From Mobula hypostoma (Eukaryota), in contig NC_086118.1 of assembly GCF_963921235.1 (NCBI RefSeq), positions 29,452,001-29,516,000 on the forward strand: a DNA stretch of 64,000 bases, in the 5' to 3' direction. The position numbers and the translations under genes were made by a program. Under the pieces are notes generated by a model. It had not been told where the DNA came from and made no database searches. It saw nothing but the letters and a program-made list of their open reading frames with translations. Within the stretch, counting starts at the first letter, position 1. Each line of letters begins with the position of its first letter. Below are positions 11,991-23,750 of the stretch, in pieces.

Positions 11991-13130
11991 CTATTAAATG
12001 GCTGATTATTCAAAAACCTTTGCATATAGCCATAATGATTGGAAGGAAAACTTTTACTACTCTGACAAGTCTGAAACAGAAAGGAAGAGGTCTAGAAAAA
12101 GAAGACTATTGTGAGAGGTTGTAATTCAAGTACAACAAGATAACATTGGAAATTTCCATTACAGATATAGCTGTAGCAATTTTTTAATGAAAAATGTATG
12201 ACTTCAAAATGAAGACTGAATTATGGCTGTCTCTTGATTCAGTGATCATTTTTTCCCAATTCATTTGCAGTGTAAGAAGTAGGTTGAGGTTGGCTCCCAA
12301 TGGCAGTGATGCAGTATCAGTAATATTGCCTCGGTTTAGTGATTAACAAACAGCAATGAAATCATATGTAGTCTCAAAGGCTCATCCAGGGGAGAAATTT
12401 TCCATGTAGATTATTGGTAATGAACACTAAGATGGTTATTTAAACCACTAAAGGATTAATGACCTGTTGTCCATTTGTTCCTATTACTTTTTATACTGCA
12501 GCCAGTGGGAAACAGAAATTTAGAGAGGAGCAAAGTAGGCAACATTAACAGATTTCAAATTGTGTTTATTTGGGTCACCTTAGACAAAATTGGAAACCTA
12601 GACACCAGTTGTAATTTGTTCAAAATAAAATTCTTGAGCGTTAGCACGAGGAAATCTGCAGATGCTGGAATTTCAAGCAACACACACAAAAAATGCTGGT
12701 GAACACAGCAGACCAGGCAGCACCTATAGGAAGAGGTACAGTCGACGTTTTGGACCGAGACCCTTCGTCAGGACTAACTGAAAGAAGAGTTAGTAAGAGA
12801 TTTGAAAGTGGGAGGGGGAGGGGGAGATCCGAAATGATAGGAGAAGACAGGAGGGGGAGGGATGGAGCTAAGAGCTGGACAGGTGATTAGCAAAATGGAT
12901 ATGAGGCTGGAGAAGGGAGAGGATCATGGGACGGGAGGCCTAGGGAGAAAGAAAGGGGTAGAGGGGAAGCCCAGAGGATGGGCAAGGAGTATAGTGAGAG
13001 GGACACAGGGAGAAAAAGGAGAGAAAGAGAGAAAAAAAGTTAAGAAATAATAAATAAATAAATAAACAAACAAACAAACAAACAAACAAACAACTAACTG
13101 ACAGATGAGGTACGAAGGGGAGGTGGGGCA

Positions 13131-13337
13131 TTAACGGAAGTTAGAGAAGTCAATGTTCATGCCATCAGGTTGGAGGCTATCCAGACGGAATATAAGGTGT
13201 TGTTCCTCCAACCTGAGTGTGGCTTCATATTGACAGTAGAGGAGGCCGTGGATAGACATATCAGAATGGGAATGGGACATGGAATTAAAATGTGTGGCCA
13301 CTGGGAGATCCTGTTTTCTCTGGCGGACAGAGCATAG
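13131..13337 (-). pseudogene. C-terminus of a Penelope GIY-YIG endonuclease domain
   Basis: LCSVRQRKQDLPVATHFNSMSHSHSDMSIHGLLYCQYEATLRLEEQHLIFRLDSLQPDGMNIDFSNFR*; PLE-type ...EQ.LI..L.SL.P.GMN ending. Confidence 0.85.
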
Positions 13338-13627
13338 GTGTACATTCAATGACTCACACACAGGTGTTTTATTTTATTTTTAAATTATTTTTCTCTCTCT
13401 CCTTTTTCTCCCTCTGTCCCTCTCACTATACTCCTTTTGCCCATACTCTTTCCCCCCACCCCTTTCTTTCTCCCTAGGCCTCCCATCCCAGGATCCTCTC
13501 ATATCCCTTTTGCCAATCAACTTTCCAGCTCTCGGCTCCATCCCTCCCCCTCCTGTCTTCTCCGATCATTTCGGATCTCCCCCTCCCCCTTCCACTTTCA
13601 AATCTCTTACTAGCTCTTCTTTCAGTT

Positions 13628-13663
13628 AGTCCTGACGAAGGGTCTCGGCCTGAAACGTCGACT
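13628..13663 (+). ncRNA. Minimal type I hammerhead ribozyme motif (PLE terminal repeat)
   Basis: AGUC-CUGACGA-A-GGGU(CUCG)GCCU-GAAACGUC-GACU: 4-bp stem I, intact core, GUC triplet, palindromic ACGU in place of stem III. Confidence 0.7.
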
Positions 13664-14349
13664 GTACCTCTTCCTATAGATGCTGCCTGGCCTGTGCATT
13701 CACCAGCATTTTTTGTGTGTGTTTCTTGAGCATTAGGTCTGTTTCTGGACAAATTTCAGGATTCGGAAGATACAGAGCACTGTGCCCAGTGGGAAGGTCT
13801 TTCCACAATCACACCTTTACCAGGAAAGTTTAATTGCTGGGACAACAAATTAGAAACCCATTTCTCCAACGTACAGCAAAGCTACAGGATCCAAATATCA
13901 AATTTATTGATCTCAAAGTACAAACTTGGTGGTGACTAATGTTATGTGTGTGTGTGAGTCATTGAATGTACACATAAATTCAAATGTTCTTTTGGAATTC
14001 AGTTATGTTACTGGCTTCCAACAGTCAGACTTTGAAAATCTTGACTTTTCACGACATGGAAGGTTGCCCGAAGTCTTTCAGATGTTCATGACTCACTTCC
14101 TGCTCTAAAATGCATTTAATACATTGCAATCTTCCAGCTAAGGGCAACACAATCTTTAAACTCTCAAGTCAAGGATTTTAGCAAACTAAATACTATTCCA
14201 TATATTATTAGGACATTGCAAATATATGATATTTACTGGTTCTAGCTTACTTTTTAAACATTAAATTTTACATAGAGAAGAAATTAACTATATAAATTCA
14301 TATAGAATTTCCTCTAAGTAATTGTTTTACAAAAATTATTTTATTACAA

Positions 14350-14618
14350 TTAGATTAGACTAGATTAGATTATGAGGACACTTAGTCCTCATTTATTGTC
14401 ATTTAGAAATACATGCATTAAAAAATGATACAGTGTTCCTCCAGAATGATATCACAAGAAGCACAGGACAAACCAAGACTAAAACTGACAAAACCACATA
14501 ATTGTAACATATAGTTCCAACAGTGCAAAGCAATGCCGTAATTTGATAACGAGCAGACCATGGGCACGGTAAAAAAAAAGTCTCAAAGTCCCGATAGCCT
14601 CATCGTCTCACGCAGACG
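14350..14618 (-). mobile_element. 3' part of a non-autonomous retroelement, same family as 26885-27508
   Basis: tagattagattatgaggacac...ttattgtcatttag...tctcacgcagacg is near-identical to 26885-27136. Confidence 0.75.
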
Positions 14619-15015
14619 CAATGATAATGTATTTTCATTGCTAATTCATCTGCAAGTCCAAGAAAAATAATTTCAAATAAAGTCAAATAAAGCTATTTCG
14701 TTAAAAATAGCTTTAATTAATTTAAAAATAAATGAATAATCTGTAAACTAAGATCAAACAATATAACAAATTGGAAAATTTAATAAAGGAAGTGAAAGCT
14801 GCAGTGTTGTGGCATTTGAACCCTGCTCAGACCAGTACTCAAACCTTGGAGGGAGACTCGGGGCCCGAAATCCTCCTACTCAGAGCTATGTCTTCTATCA
14901 CCTCAAGCACATAGAGACTATGAGAGTTGACCAATGGGAGGCTGCTTTTGTGATTCTGCTGGAACTGGAGCAGTCCTTCCAATTCCCCCCAATCCCAGCA
15001 GTCAACTTTAGAGTA

Positions 15016-15566
15016 CGTTCAGTGGCCACTTTATTAGGTACTTCCTGCACATAATAAAGCAGCCACTGACTGCCGGTTTGCTGTCTTCTGCTGCAGTTGC
15101 CTATCCACTTCAAGGTACAATGTGTTGTGCATTCAGAAATGTTCTTCTGCACACCACTGCTGTACTGTGTTTATCTGAGTTACTGTCTGCTTGAACCAAT
15201 CTGGCCATTCTCCTCTACCTTCTTTCATGAACAAGGCATTTTCACCCACAGAACTGCTGCACAGTGGATTTTTTTTTTGTTTTTTTTTTTTGCACCATTC
15301 TCTGTAAACTCTGGAAACTGTTGTGCTTGAAAATCCCAGGAGTCAGTAGCTCCTGAGATACTCAAACCACCCCATCTGGCACCAACAATCATTCCATGGT
15401 CAAAATCACTTAGATAACACTTCTCCATACTGATGTTTGGTCTGAACAACAACTGAACATTTTGACCAAGCTGTATGCTTTGAATTGCTGCCATATGATT
15501 GGCTGAGTAGATATCTGTATTAATGATCAGGTGTACACATGTACCTAATAAAATGGCCACTTAGTA
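15016..15566 (-). mobile_element. Non-autonomous Tc1/mariner element
   Basis: TIRs (c)agtggccactttattaggtac and gtacctaataaaatggccact flanked by TA; transposase N-terminal remnant CYLSDFDHGMIVGARWGGLSIS; sister copy at 47480-48007 and fragment near 16070-16160. Confidence 0.9.
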
Positions 15567-16394
15567 TATGTTAAAAGTGCAGTTACTCCTGTTACATATA
15601 AAATATGACATTCAAATTGTCAGTTTATTGGTCATAGGAACTCCTTTGACCAATAAACTGATAATGAAGATTATAATTTTAGTGTTGATTCTAGAGGGAT
15701 AAGAATATTGAGCGAGGGAATGTGGGCAGCTCTCTGTTCCTTTTCAAAAAGTGACAAAGAATATTATAAATTCATAGAGAGAGCTACAGGAGCTTCATGT
15801 AACCACGCTTCAGAAGGGCATTCTTTAGTGCTGACTCGAGATGATTTTTGTGTTCATATCCTTGAAGTAAGAAATGACCTCATAAGTTCTGCCTCAAAAA
15901 TATGGGTCAGCGTCAAGAGATAAATATGGGCGTGCAGCACGTCACTGAATAAGTCAAGTCATTAAAATATGCAACATAATTACATATGTACATATTTAAC
16001 CCTCCCTTTCAGGAAATGGTTTATCGAAAAATAAAAAGCTTGGTAGTGTCCTTGGTACTATAAAAATAAAGTGGCCACTTTATTAGGCATATACGTACCC
16101 TGACTCATTAATGCACATATCTAATCAGCCAATCATGTGGCAGCAATTCAATACCGAAAACCATGAACACCTGGATCTGACAGTGAGGATGGCGCCAGCG
16201 ACAACACTCCCTCAGTCAACATCTTCCAGACAGCAAACGAAAATATCTGTTTTATTTCTTATTCGCCTGTTTTTTCCCCTTAACTGTGTTTCTGGGACTG
16301 TTAGGGCCTGTGATTTATAGTCTGGAGACAGCCTGAGTGATCCAGAGCTTTGCTGCCTTTGAGAAGATTCAGGGACGCGTGCACACGCTTGAAA

Positions 16395-19036
16395 GAAACT
16401 TTGAGACGGGGCGTGAAGAGGACAGCAGTGTCAAAGGAAAAGAGATGAAATTCTGTGGGCACGATAGATACACTCGAATGGTATGTTGCCTCCCTGATGC
16501 CAGGGTCAGGGATGTCTCGGATGAGGTCCATGACATTCTCAAGGGCGAGTGTGAGCAGCCAGAAGTCTTGGTGCATATTGGCGCTGATGACATAGGTAGA
16601 CAAGGTGAGGAGGTCCAGAGGAGAGATGTTAGGAAGCTAGATCGAAACCTGAAAAACAGGACGTCCAGGTTAGTAGTTTCTGGATTGCTGCCTGTGTCAT
16701 GTGCCAGTGAGCGTAAGAATAGAATGACTTGGCAGCCAAAGGCGTGGCTGAGGAACTGCTGCACAGGACAGGGCTTCAGATTTGAGGATCATTGGGATCT
16801 CTTCTGGGGAGGTCACGGCCTCTACTAAAGGATTACTCCTGAACCCGAGGGGGTTCAATATCCTGTCAGGCAGGTTTGCTGGAGTTGTTCGGGAGGGTTT
16901 AAACTAATTTGGCAGGGGGTTGGGAACTGGAGTGATAGGGCTGAGGATGATGTAGTTGGTTTACAAACAAAGGTAATGTGTAGTGAGACTCCAAGCAGGG
17001 AGAGGCTGATGATAGGGCAAAATTACGGTCAACAGGATGAGTCGCAATGTCAGAGGCAGAAAATCAAAAAGGGTGAATACAGGACTAAAGGTGGTTATAT
17101 TAAGTGAATGCAGTAAATGGAATAAGGCAGATGAGCTTGTGGCACAATTACAGATTGGCTTGTATGATATTGTAGGCATGTCTGAATCATGGCTGAAATA
17201 AGATTATAGCTGGGAGATCAATGTCCAAGGATACAAGTTGTGTTGAAAGGACAAAAGGAGCCTGTTTCTATGCTGTGCTTCTCTATGACAGGCATAGAGG
17301 GGGTGGTGTGGCTCTGTTGGTTAAAAAAAATAGATCAAATCATTAGAAAGATCAGAAGATATTGAATCGTAGAAAAAAGGATCCCGGTGGGAGTTACATA
17401 CAGACCCCCAAACAGCAGTAAGGATGTGGTTTACAAATTTCAATGGGAGATAGAAAATGTATGCCAAAAAGGCAAGGTTACAACAGCCGTGGGGTATTTC
17501 AATTTGCTGATAGTTTGGATATTGGTGCTCGATCCCAAAACAGGGAATTTCTAGTATGCCTATGAGATGGCTTTTTAGTGCAGCTCGTGGTTGAGCCTAC
17601 TAGGGGATCAGCTATTCTGGATTGGGTGTTGTGCAATGAGCCAGAATTGATTAGCGAGCTTAAGGTAAAAGAACCCTTAGGGGCAGGTGATCATAATACG
17701 ACCAAATTCACCCTGAAAATTGAGGAGAAGCTAAAATCAGATGTATCAGTAATACAGTGGAATTAACAAAATTATTGAAGCATAAAAGATGAGTTGGCCA
17801 GAATTGATTGGAGAAGAACACGGGCAGGGATGACAGCAGAGAAGTGATGGCTGGAATTTCTGGAAGCAATTCAGATGACACAGGATATATGCATCCCAAA
17901 GAGGAAGATGCATTCTAAAGACAAGATGACACAACCATGGCTAACAAGAGAATTCAAAACCAACATAAAAGCCAAAGAGAGAGTATATAATAGAGCAAAA
18001 ATTAGTGGAAGTTAGAGGATTGAGAAGCTTTTAAAAACCAACAGAAGGCAACTAAAAAAAATTCCGAAGGAAAATATGGAATTTTTATGTTATATGTCAA
18101 TGACTTGGATGGCGAAATTGATAACATTGTGTTAAAGTTTGTGGATAATACAAAGATAGGTGGATGGACAGGTAGTTTTGAGAAAGTAGAGAGGCCACAG
18201 AAGAACTTAGCAGATTAGGAGAGTAGGCAAAGAAGAAGCAGATGGAATACAGTGTCAGGAAATGTATGGTCATGCACTTTCGTAGAAGAAATAAAGAGTA
18301 GACTATTTTTTAAATGAAGAGAAAATTCAAGAAGGACTTGGAGCCCTTGTGCAGATTTCCCTAAAGGTTAATTTGCAGGTTGAGTCTGTGATGAGGAAGG
18401 CAAAGGCAATATTTGCATTCATTTCAAGAGGGCTAGAATACAAAAGCAAGGATCTAATGTTGAAACTTTATGACGCACTAGTGAGGCCTCACTTAGAGTT
18501 TTGTGAACAGTTTTGGACCCCTTACCTTGGAAAGGATGTGCTGAAACTGAAGTGTGTTGAAAGGAGATTCACTAAATTATTCCAGGATTGCACGGTTTGT
18601 CATATGAAGAGCGTTTGATGGCTCTGGGACTATATTCACTGGAATTCAGAGGAATGAGGCGTGACCTAATTAAAACCTATCAAATGTTAAAATGCCTTGA
18701 TAGAGTGGATGTGGAAAAGATGTTTCCTATAGTGGGAGAGTCTAGGACCATATGACACAGCCTCAGAATAGAGGGGTGTCCCTTTAGAACAGAGATGAAG
18801 AGACATTTCTTTAGCCAGAGATTGGTAAATTTATTGCCACAGGAGGCTGTGGAGGCCAAGTCTTTATGTATATTTATGGTAGAGATTGATAAATACTTGA
18901 TTGGTCAGGGCATGAAGGAAATGTGGATAAGGTAGAAGATTGGGGCTGAGAGGAAAAACAGATCAGTCATGATCAAATGGTAGATCAGACTTGATGGGCC
19001 AAATGGCCTAATTCTGCTCCTATATCTTATGGTCTG
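16395..19036 (+). mobile_element. CR1 LINE with internal deletions (ORF1 esterase, APE endonuclease, RT remnants, 3' end)
   Basis: MVCCLPDARVRDV...VLVHIGADDIG; ESWL; EPTRGSAILDWVLCN...GDHN; LYDALVRPHLEFCEQFWTPY; tail cctatatcttatggtct. Confidence 0.9.
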
Positions 19037-21278
19037 ATGGTATTGATCTACTTTCAGTACTGGGTTGATGATGACCTTAAAGTCACCAAAAATCCTGACA
19101 GATCCATTCTTCTTGGCTACTGGGACCACTAGTGTTGTCCATGGGCTTCACGTAATCTTGTAAAGAATTCCTTAAGCCTCCATGAGATCTAGCCCACTGT
19201 TTATTTCATCATGGATGGTATAAGGAACTGGTCGAGCTTTGCAAAACTTGGGCGTGGCATTTTCATTTAATTCAATTTTACCCTTGATATGTTTGAGTTT
19301 TCCAATGTCATCCTTGAACACTGCTGTGGCATCTTCCAGTACCATTCTTAATTCACTTCCAGTTAACTCTTTTCAGGGGATGTGCCATGCAAATGGTGGA
19401 TGGATCTCCAATCAAGTTGTAGTTGTCTCAGCCAATCATGCCCCCACAATGCTGGCCCTCCTGTTTTTACCACATACAAGACAAATGTAGCTTGGTGTTG
19501 ATGTATTTCACTTACAAATGTCATTTCCACAGGAGTTATTTCTTCTCCAGTATAACTTATTAGTTGGCTTCAGTTCAGTATCTTTGAAATGCCATTCAAA
19601 CTTATTTTGTGGAATGACTGAAACAGCTGAACCAGTGCCCAATTCCATTTTAATTAATTTCCAGTTCACTTCTGGTGTACATCATTTTGCTTGTCTATTG
19701 TTAGTTTTCACATAGTAAATCTCAAAGCTACTCATTCCTGTAGTCACTTTCATTATTCTCAGCAACATACATCAAAGTTGCTGGTGAACGCAGCAGGCCA
19801 AGCAGCATCTATAGGAAGAGGCGCAGTCGACGTTTCAGGCCGAGACCCTTCGTAAGTCCTGACGAAGGCCTGAAACGTCGACTGCGCCTCTTCCTATAGA
19901 TGCTGCTTGGCCTGCTGCGTTCACCAGCAACTTTGATGTATGTCGCTTGAATTTCCAGCATCTGCAGAATTCCTGTTGTTTTCATTATTCTCTGATTTTT
20001 TTTATTCACAACAAGCAGATTAGTGCTCTTTTTGAAACTGCAACTTGACTTTTTATCTTTTTCTCTTTCCTGTGCAGTCCACATATTTTTCTGTGCTTGA
20101 CATGCTCTTTGTATGTGTCCCATATTGGTATATTTTCTGCAAGTTTCCTCTTTAAACCTGCATTGGTTTGGTGTATGTGAGACCCTGCCATTATGGTAGC
20201 ACAATTAATTAGGCCAGACAGGTTTCTGCTTAGATGTTGCAATTTCGGTCATGTTCACTTTCATTCCTGACTGCAACTTAATTGTGTCTCTGGTTGCTGT
20301 TTCCATTGATACAGCTATTTCCACTCCTCTTTTACTTGCAAGTTGTGCATCAGTTAGGAATCATTCTGAATAATTTCTTGTAAAATTCCACAAATCATGT
20401 GATCTCTTACTGTGTCATTAATCCCATTACTGAACTGACAATGCTCAGACAATCTCTTCAATTCAGCCATATACATCGAAATGGACTCCCCTTCCTTTTC
20501 ATTCTGTTTATCAAACCTAAAATGTTTGGAAATCAATAATGATTTTGGTTCTAATTGTTCTTGCATTACTTTCAGGACACTAGCACAGCTCATATCAGCT
20601 GGTTTGGTTGGAACAGTCAAACTTTGAAGTAAACTGTGTGTCTTTAAACACAATGCAGTCAGGAAAATTGGCACCCACTTCTCATTGGATATTTCATTTG
20701 CTTTAAAATACTACTCAGTCTGTTTGAATACATGAGCCAGTTATCGGTCATATAATCAAACATCTCAATCTTTTTGATGTAGCCAGCCATTTGAACTTTC
20801 TTTTTTGTTTATGATTATTATCACCCAGTACTCACTGTATATGAATCCATGAATTTTTCTGTCTTATGCCTTTTTTTAAACTCGACCATGTCTGTCCTTC
20901 AAAAGAAACACGTGCTATGGTATTTTTATTTACTCAACTATTTCTCACTGTGCTTTTTTAAAACTTGAAGATCTCGTTGTGCTTCTACAAGGGGGTAGTC
21001 ATCTCAGGTTCATTTAAAACTTCTTTGTTGAAGCTGTTATGTTTTGTAACTCCAAAACATAAAAGCTAATTGAAAGGGAAACAAGAGAGCTGAAAATACA
21101 AGTCTTAATTGAGTTTTTACTTTAAGCAAAGTATGTACATATGATGCAGGGGCATCATGACATACTCACTTATTTTTACATATAGCCCATAATAAATCAT
21201 TTAAACAAACAAGAATGCTTAATCAAACAACATATTTACAATATTACTCAAATACTACTGAAATATTAAATACACAAT
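19037..21278 (-). mobile_element. Degraded Gypsy LTR retrotransposon (LTR ~21035-21278, gag, protease, RT start)
   Basis: gag MAGYIKKIE..., YMAELKRLSEHCQF...RDHMICGI, CY.NG..H.PNQCRFK..CRK....GHI.RAC; protease MELGTGSAVSVI; RT VPVAKKNGSVRIFGDFKV.INPVL.VDQY. Confidence 0.85.
19761..19979. mobile_element. 219-bp ORF-less palindromic Penelope-derived element inserted in the Gypsy element
   Basis: 81-bp arms 19761-19841 and 19867-19947 with one mismatch; perfect 13-bp TSD tttcattattctc (19748-19760, 19980-19992); hammerhead-like core at the centre. Confidence 0.92.
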
Positions 21279-21834
21279 AGAATGTACTTGATAGGTTAGT
21301 TCAAAACAAGATCACTTGCAACTTCATTAAACAGAAATGCATTACCACTGAGTGCATTATCTACACAAAAATTAATTAGCATGATTCCACAAAAACCTAA
21401 TGCATTTAGAGGAATGATTAGCAACTTAAGATTCAAAAAAAAGTTATTGTCCTTGAATGAGATAATTATTTCCTAATTGGTACTCCTTACATTAAACATA
21501 TTTCAATGTGACTAGTTTTACATGAAAATAAGGCTGTAATTAATAAGTAGATTATGAAAACAGTTAATAGCAAGATATCAGTACTCACAACATCACCTCG
21601 AATGTGTGTGGAATGAAATGTCTTTATTTTTCTCATAATGAGCAATTTATTAAGAAGGAACATTGCAAAGACATCTATTTCTGCAGATTTGTTAGTATAA
21701 TGTAAATTAGATATCTACCTCTGCAAGTATTTCTGAGCTCTTAGTAGAGCTAATAGGACTCGATGTTTCAATCCCTACGATAAGTCAGCACTCTCGATGT
21801 TGGCAGTGGGCTTGGAGTGGTGACAAGGAGGGAG

Positions 21835-23750
21835 GGTAGGTATCTCATTAGGGTGGGCACCCTCCTTCTTTGATGTTTCGTTGATAAGCCCACGACATCT
21901 CCAGAGGGCTCAATGGTGCTACCTGGTGTCCCAGATACACCCCCTCAGTTCCATACCCTTCTGTCTTCATCTTGCAGCCCATTTGTTGTCTTTCCTTTTA
22001 ATCCAAATCCAATTGCTGCTTTCTTCTGCTGCATTTGACAAGGACTTGGTTGTTTGTTGGAGGGAATGACCCCTCACCCCCATCTTCCTCAATAGACTGG
22101 TCGTAGATGTAGCAACGAATCCCGTGCATCCCACTTCTACAGAGAAAATCTTGGTCTTCCAGCCATTCTGGGCAGCTTCAGTTGCGGAGTTCAGAGTACT
22201 TGGTCTTTCTCCTCTCATAAGCTTTTTCAACACCATCTTCCCATGGTACTGTCAATTCCACAACATATGCTAGCTTGGCTGTTGTGGTCCACAGGACTGT
22301 GTCTGGCCAGAGTGTTGTAGCCGCAATGTCTGGGGGAAACACAGGCTCTTTTTCCATTTTCCAATCCCAAGCAACCTGCAGAATGCTTACCTCTTTTGAT
22401 GTTATATGGCGCTCTGGAGGTTGGTCTGCTGGTACAAATCATGTGATGTGAACATTTCTTGCCGATATTTGTGGGAGAGCATTTGTGGTGATTCGCCTCT
22501 GTTCCAAGATTGATGCCAGCTGCCTGAGAACTTGGTTATGCCGCCAAGTGTACCGCCCCTGGGTGAGTCTTGTGATGCATCCTGTTAAAATGTGCCTTAG
22601 TGACGCAGGTGCTTGACAAAGAGAGCAAGCAGTGTCTACACCCCACCACTGGTTCAGGTTCTGGGGTGTGGGTAGGAGGTCATAAGTGGCTCTGATGACA
22701 AAACTTAGCCGAGATCCCTCCATCTCCCAGATGTCACGCCATCTGAGTTTTCTCTTTTCCAGGCTCTCCCAATAAGTCCATTGGCCCTGCTTGGCCATTG
22801 AGACGCCCTGGCATTTCTCACTGCCTCCTCCTGTCTTCACACTTCCTCCACCACGAGCTGTCTCTTCTGCACTGATGTTGCCTTGTGCCATTGAGGAGCC
22901 TTTGGGACGAGCCCGAGCCTGGCTCTGCCAAGTTGGACTTGGCTAGCCACATCTCTGATGCGAAGAGCAGACTTAGCACTCTGAATGGCTTCAGATGGGG
23001 TCCATTTCCTCCCCGTTGCCATTTGGGGGGTGGGGGGGGACCACTGTTCGAGTAACAGTATCTTCAGATTCACTGAGGGTCATGACCAATCTTGCTGTGG
23101 TGCATTTGAATTCTTCCACAAGACTTGCAACTGGTAATTCTAATTTGCCGTTCCCGTACAGTCCAACAGGACTTAAGCATGGTGGAAGTCCAAGCCACTG
23201 TTTCACATGTGTGCTGATCACTCTTTCGAGCTTGTCCACTTTGTTGATGGGGATTTCATACACTGTTAAAGGCCACATGAGTCTTGGGAGTATGCTGAAC
23301 TGGAAGCACCACAGCTTGAGTTTTCCTGGCAGCCAGGTCCTGTTGATGCGAGCTATGTACATGATGGTATCCTTTTTGAGTTGTTTAAACTGCTGGGTGT
23401 CCTTGAGCTTAGCATCATACCATTGACCCAAGCTCTTCACTGGCATTTCTGAAACAGTTGCGACAGGTGTTCCGACAATATGAAATCTTCGATCCGTGAC
23501 TTGACCTTTGACGATGGAGATGCTTCTGCACTTTCTGGGCTTGGTCTTCATGCTCGCCCATGTGATGTTTTGATGAAGCTTTTCCAGAAGTCTCTTGGTG
23601 CAGGGGACAGTTATCGTCAGTATCGTTATAACGTCCATATAGGCTTGTATCGGTGGTAACGGTTGACCAAACTGTAACTGTTTTTCTCCCGCAACCCATT
23701 TTGAGGCTCTGATAATCTGATAATGAGCTCCATTTCCATAGTGAAGGCAT
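21835..23750 (-). mobile_element. HERO-clade (R2-group) non-LTR retrotransposon, 5'-truncated, with RT, CCHC and restriction-like endonuclease
   Basis: LPPIQAYMD(V), KPRKCRSISIVKG, LPGKLKLWCFQFSILPRLMWPLTVYEIP, CSLCQAPASLRHILTGC...QGRYTWRHNQVL, ELTVPWE, VEVGCTGFVATS; frameshifted. Confidence 0.85.

Larger units (their letters stand above)
12645..13722. mobile_element. Penelope-like element, 5'-truncated with a long inverted (fold-back) terminal repeat
   Basis: Arms ~12681-13060 and ~13366-13722 are reverse complements; GIY-YIG C-terminus lies between them; 14-bp TSD ttcttgagc(g/a)ttag at 12631-12644 and 13723-13736. Confidence 0.9.

Noticed and set aside
21865..21910. CTGGAGA...GAAACATC in the HERO 3' UTR (minus strand) as a hammerhead
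   Set aside because: The first box is CUGGAGA rather than CUGANGA, and stem II pairing is poor.
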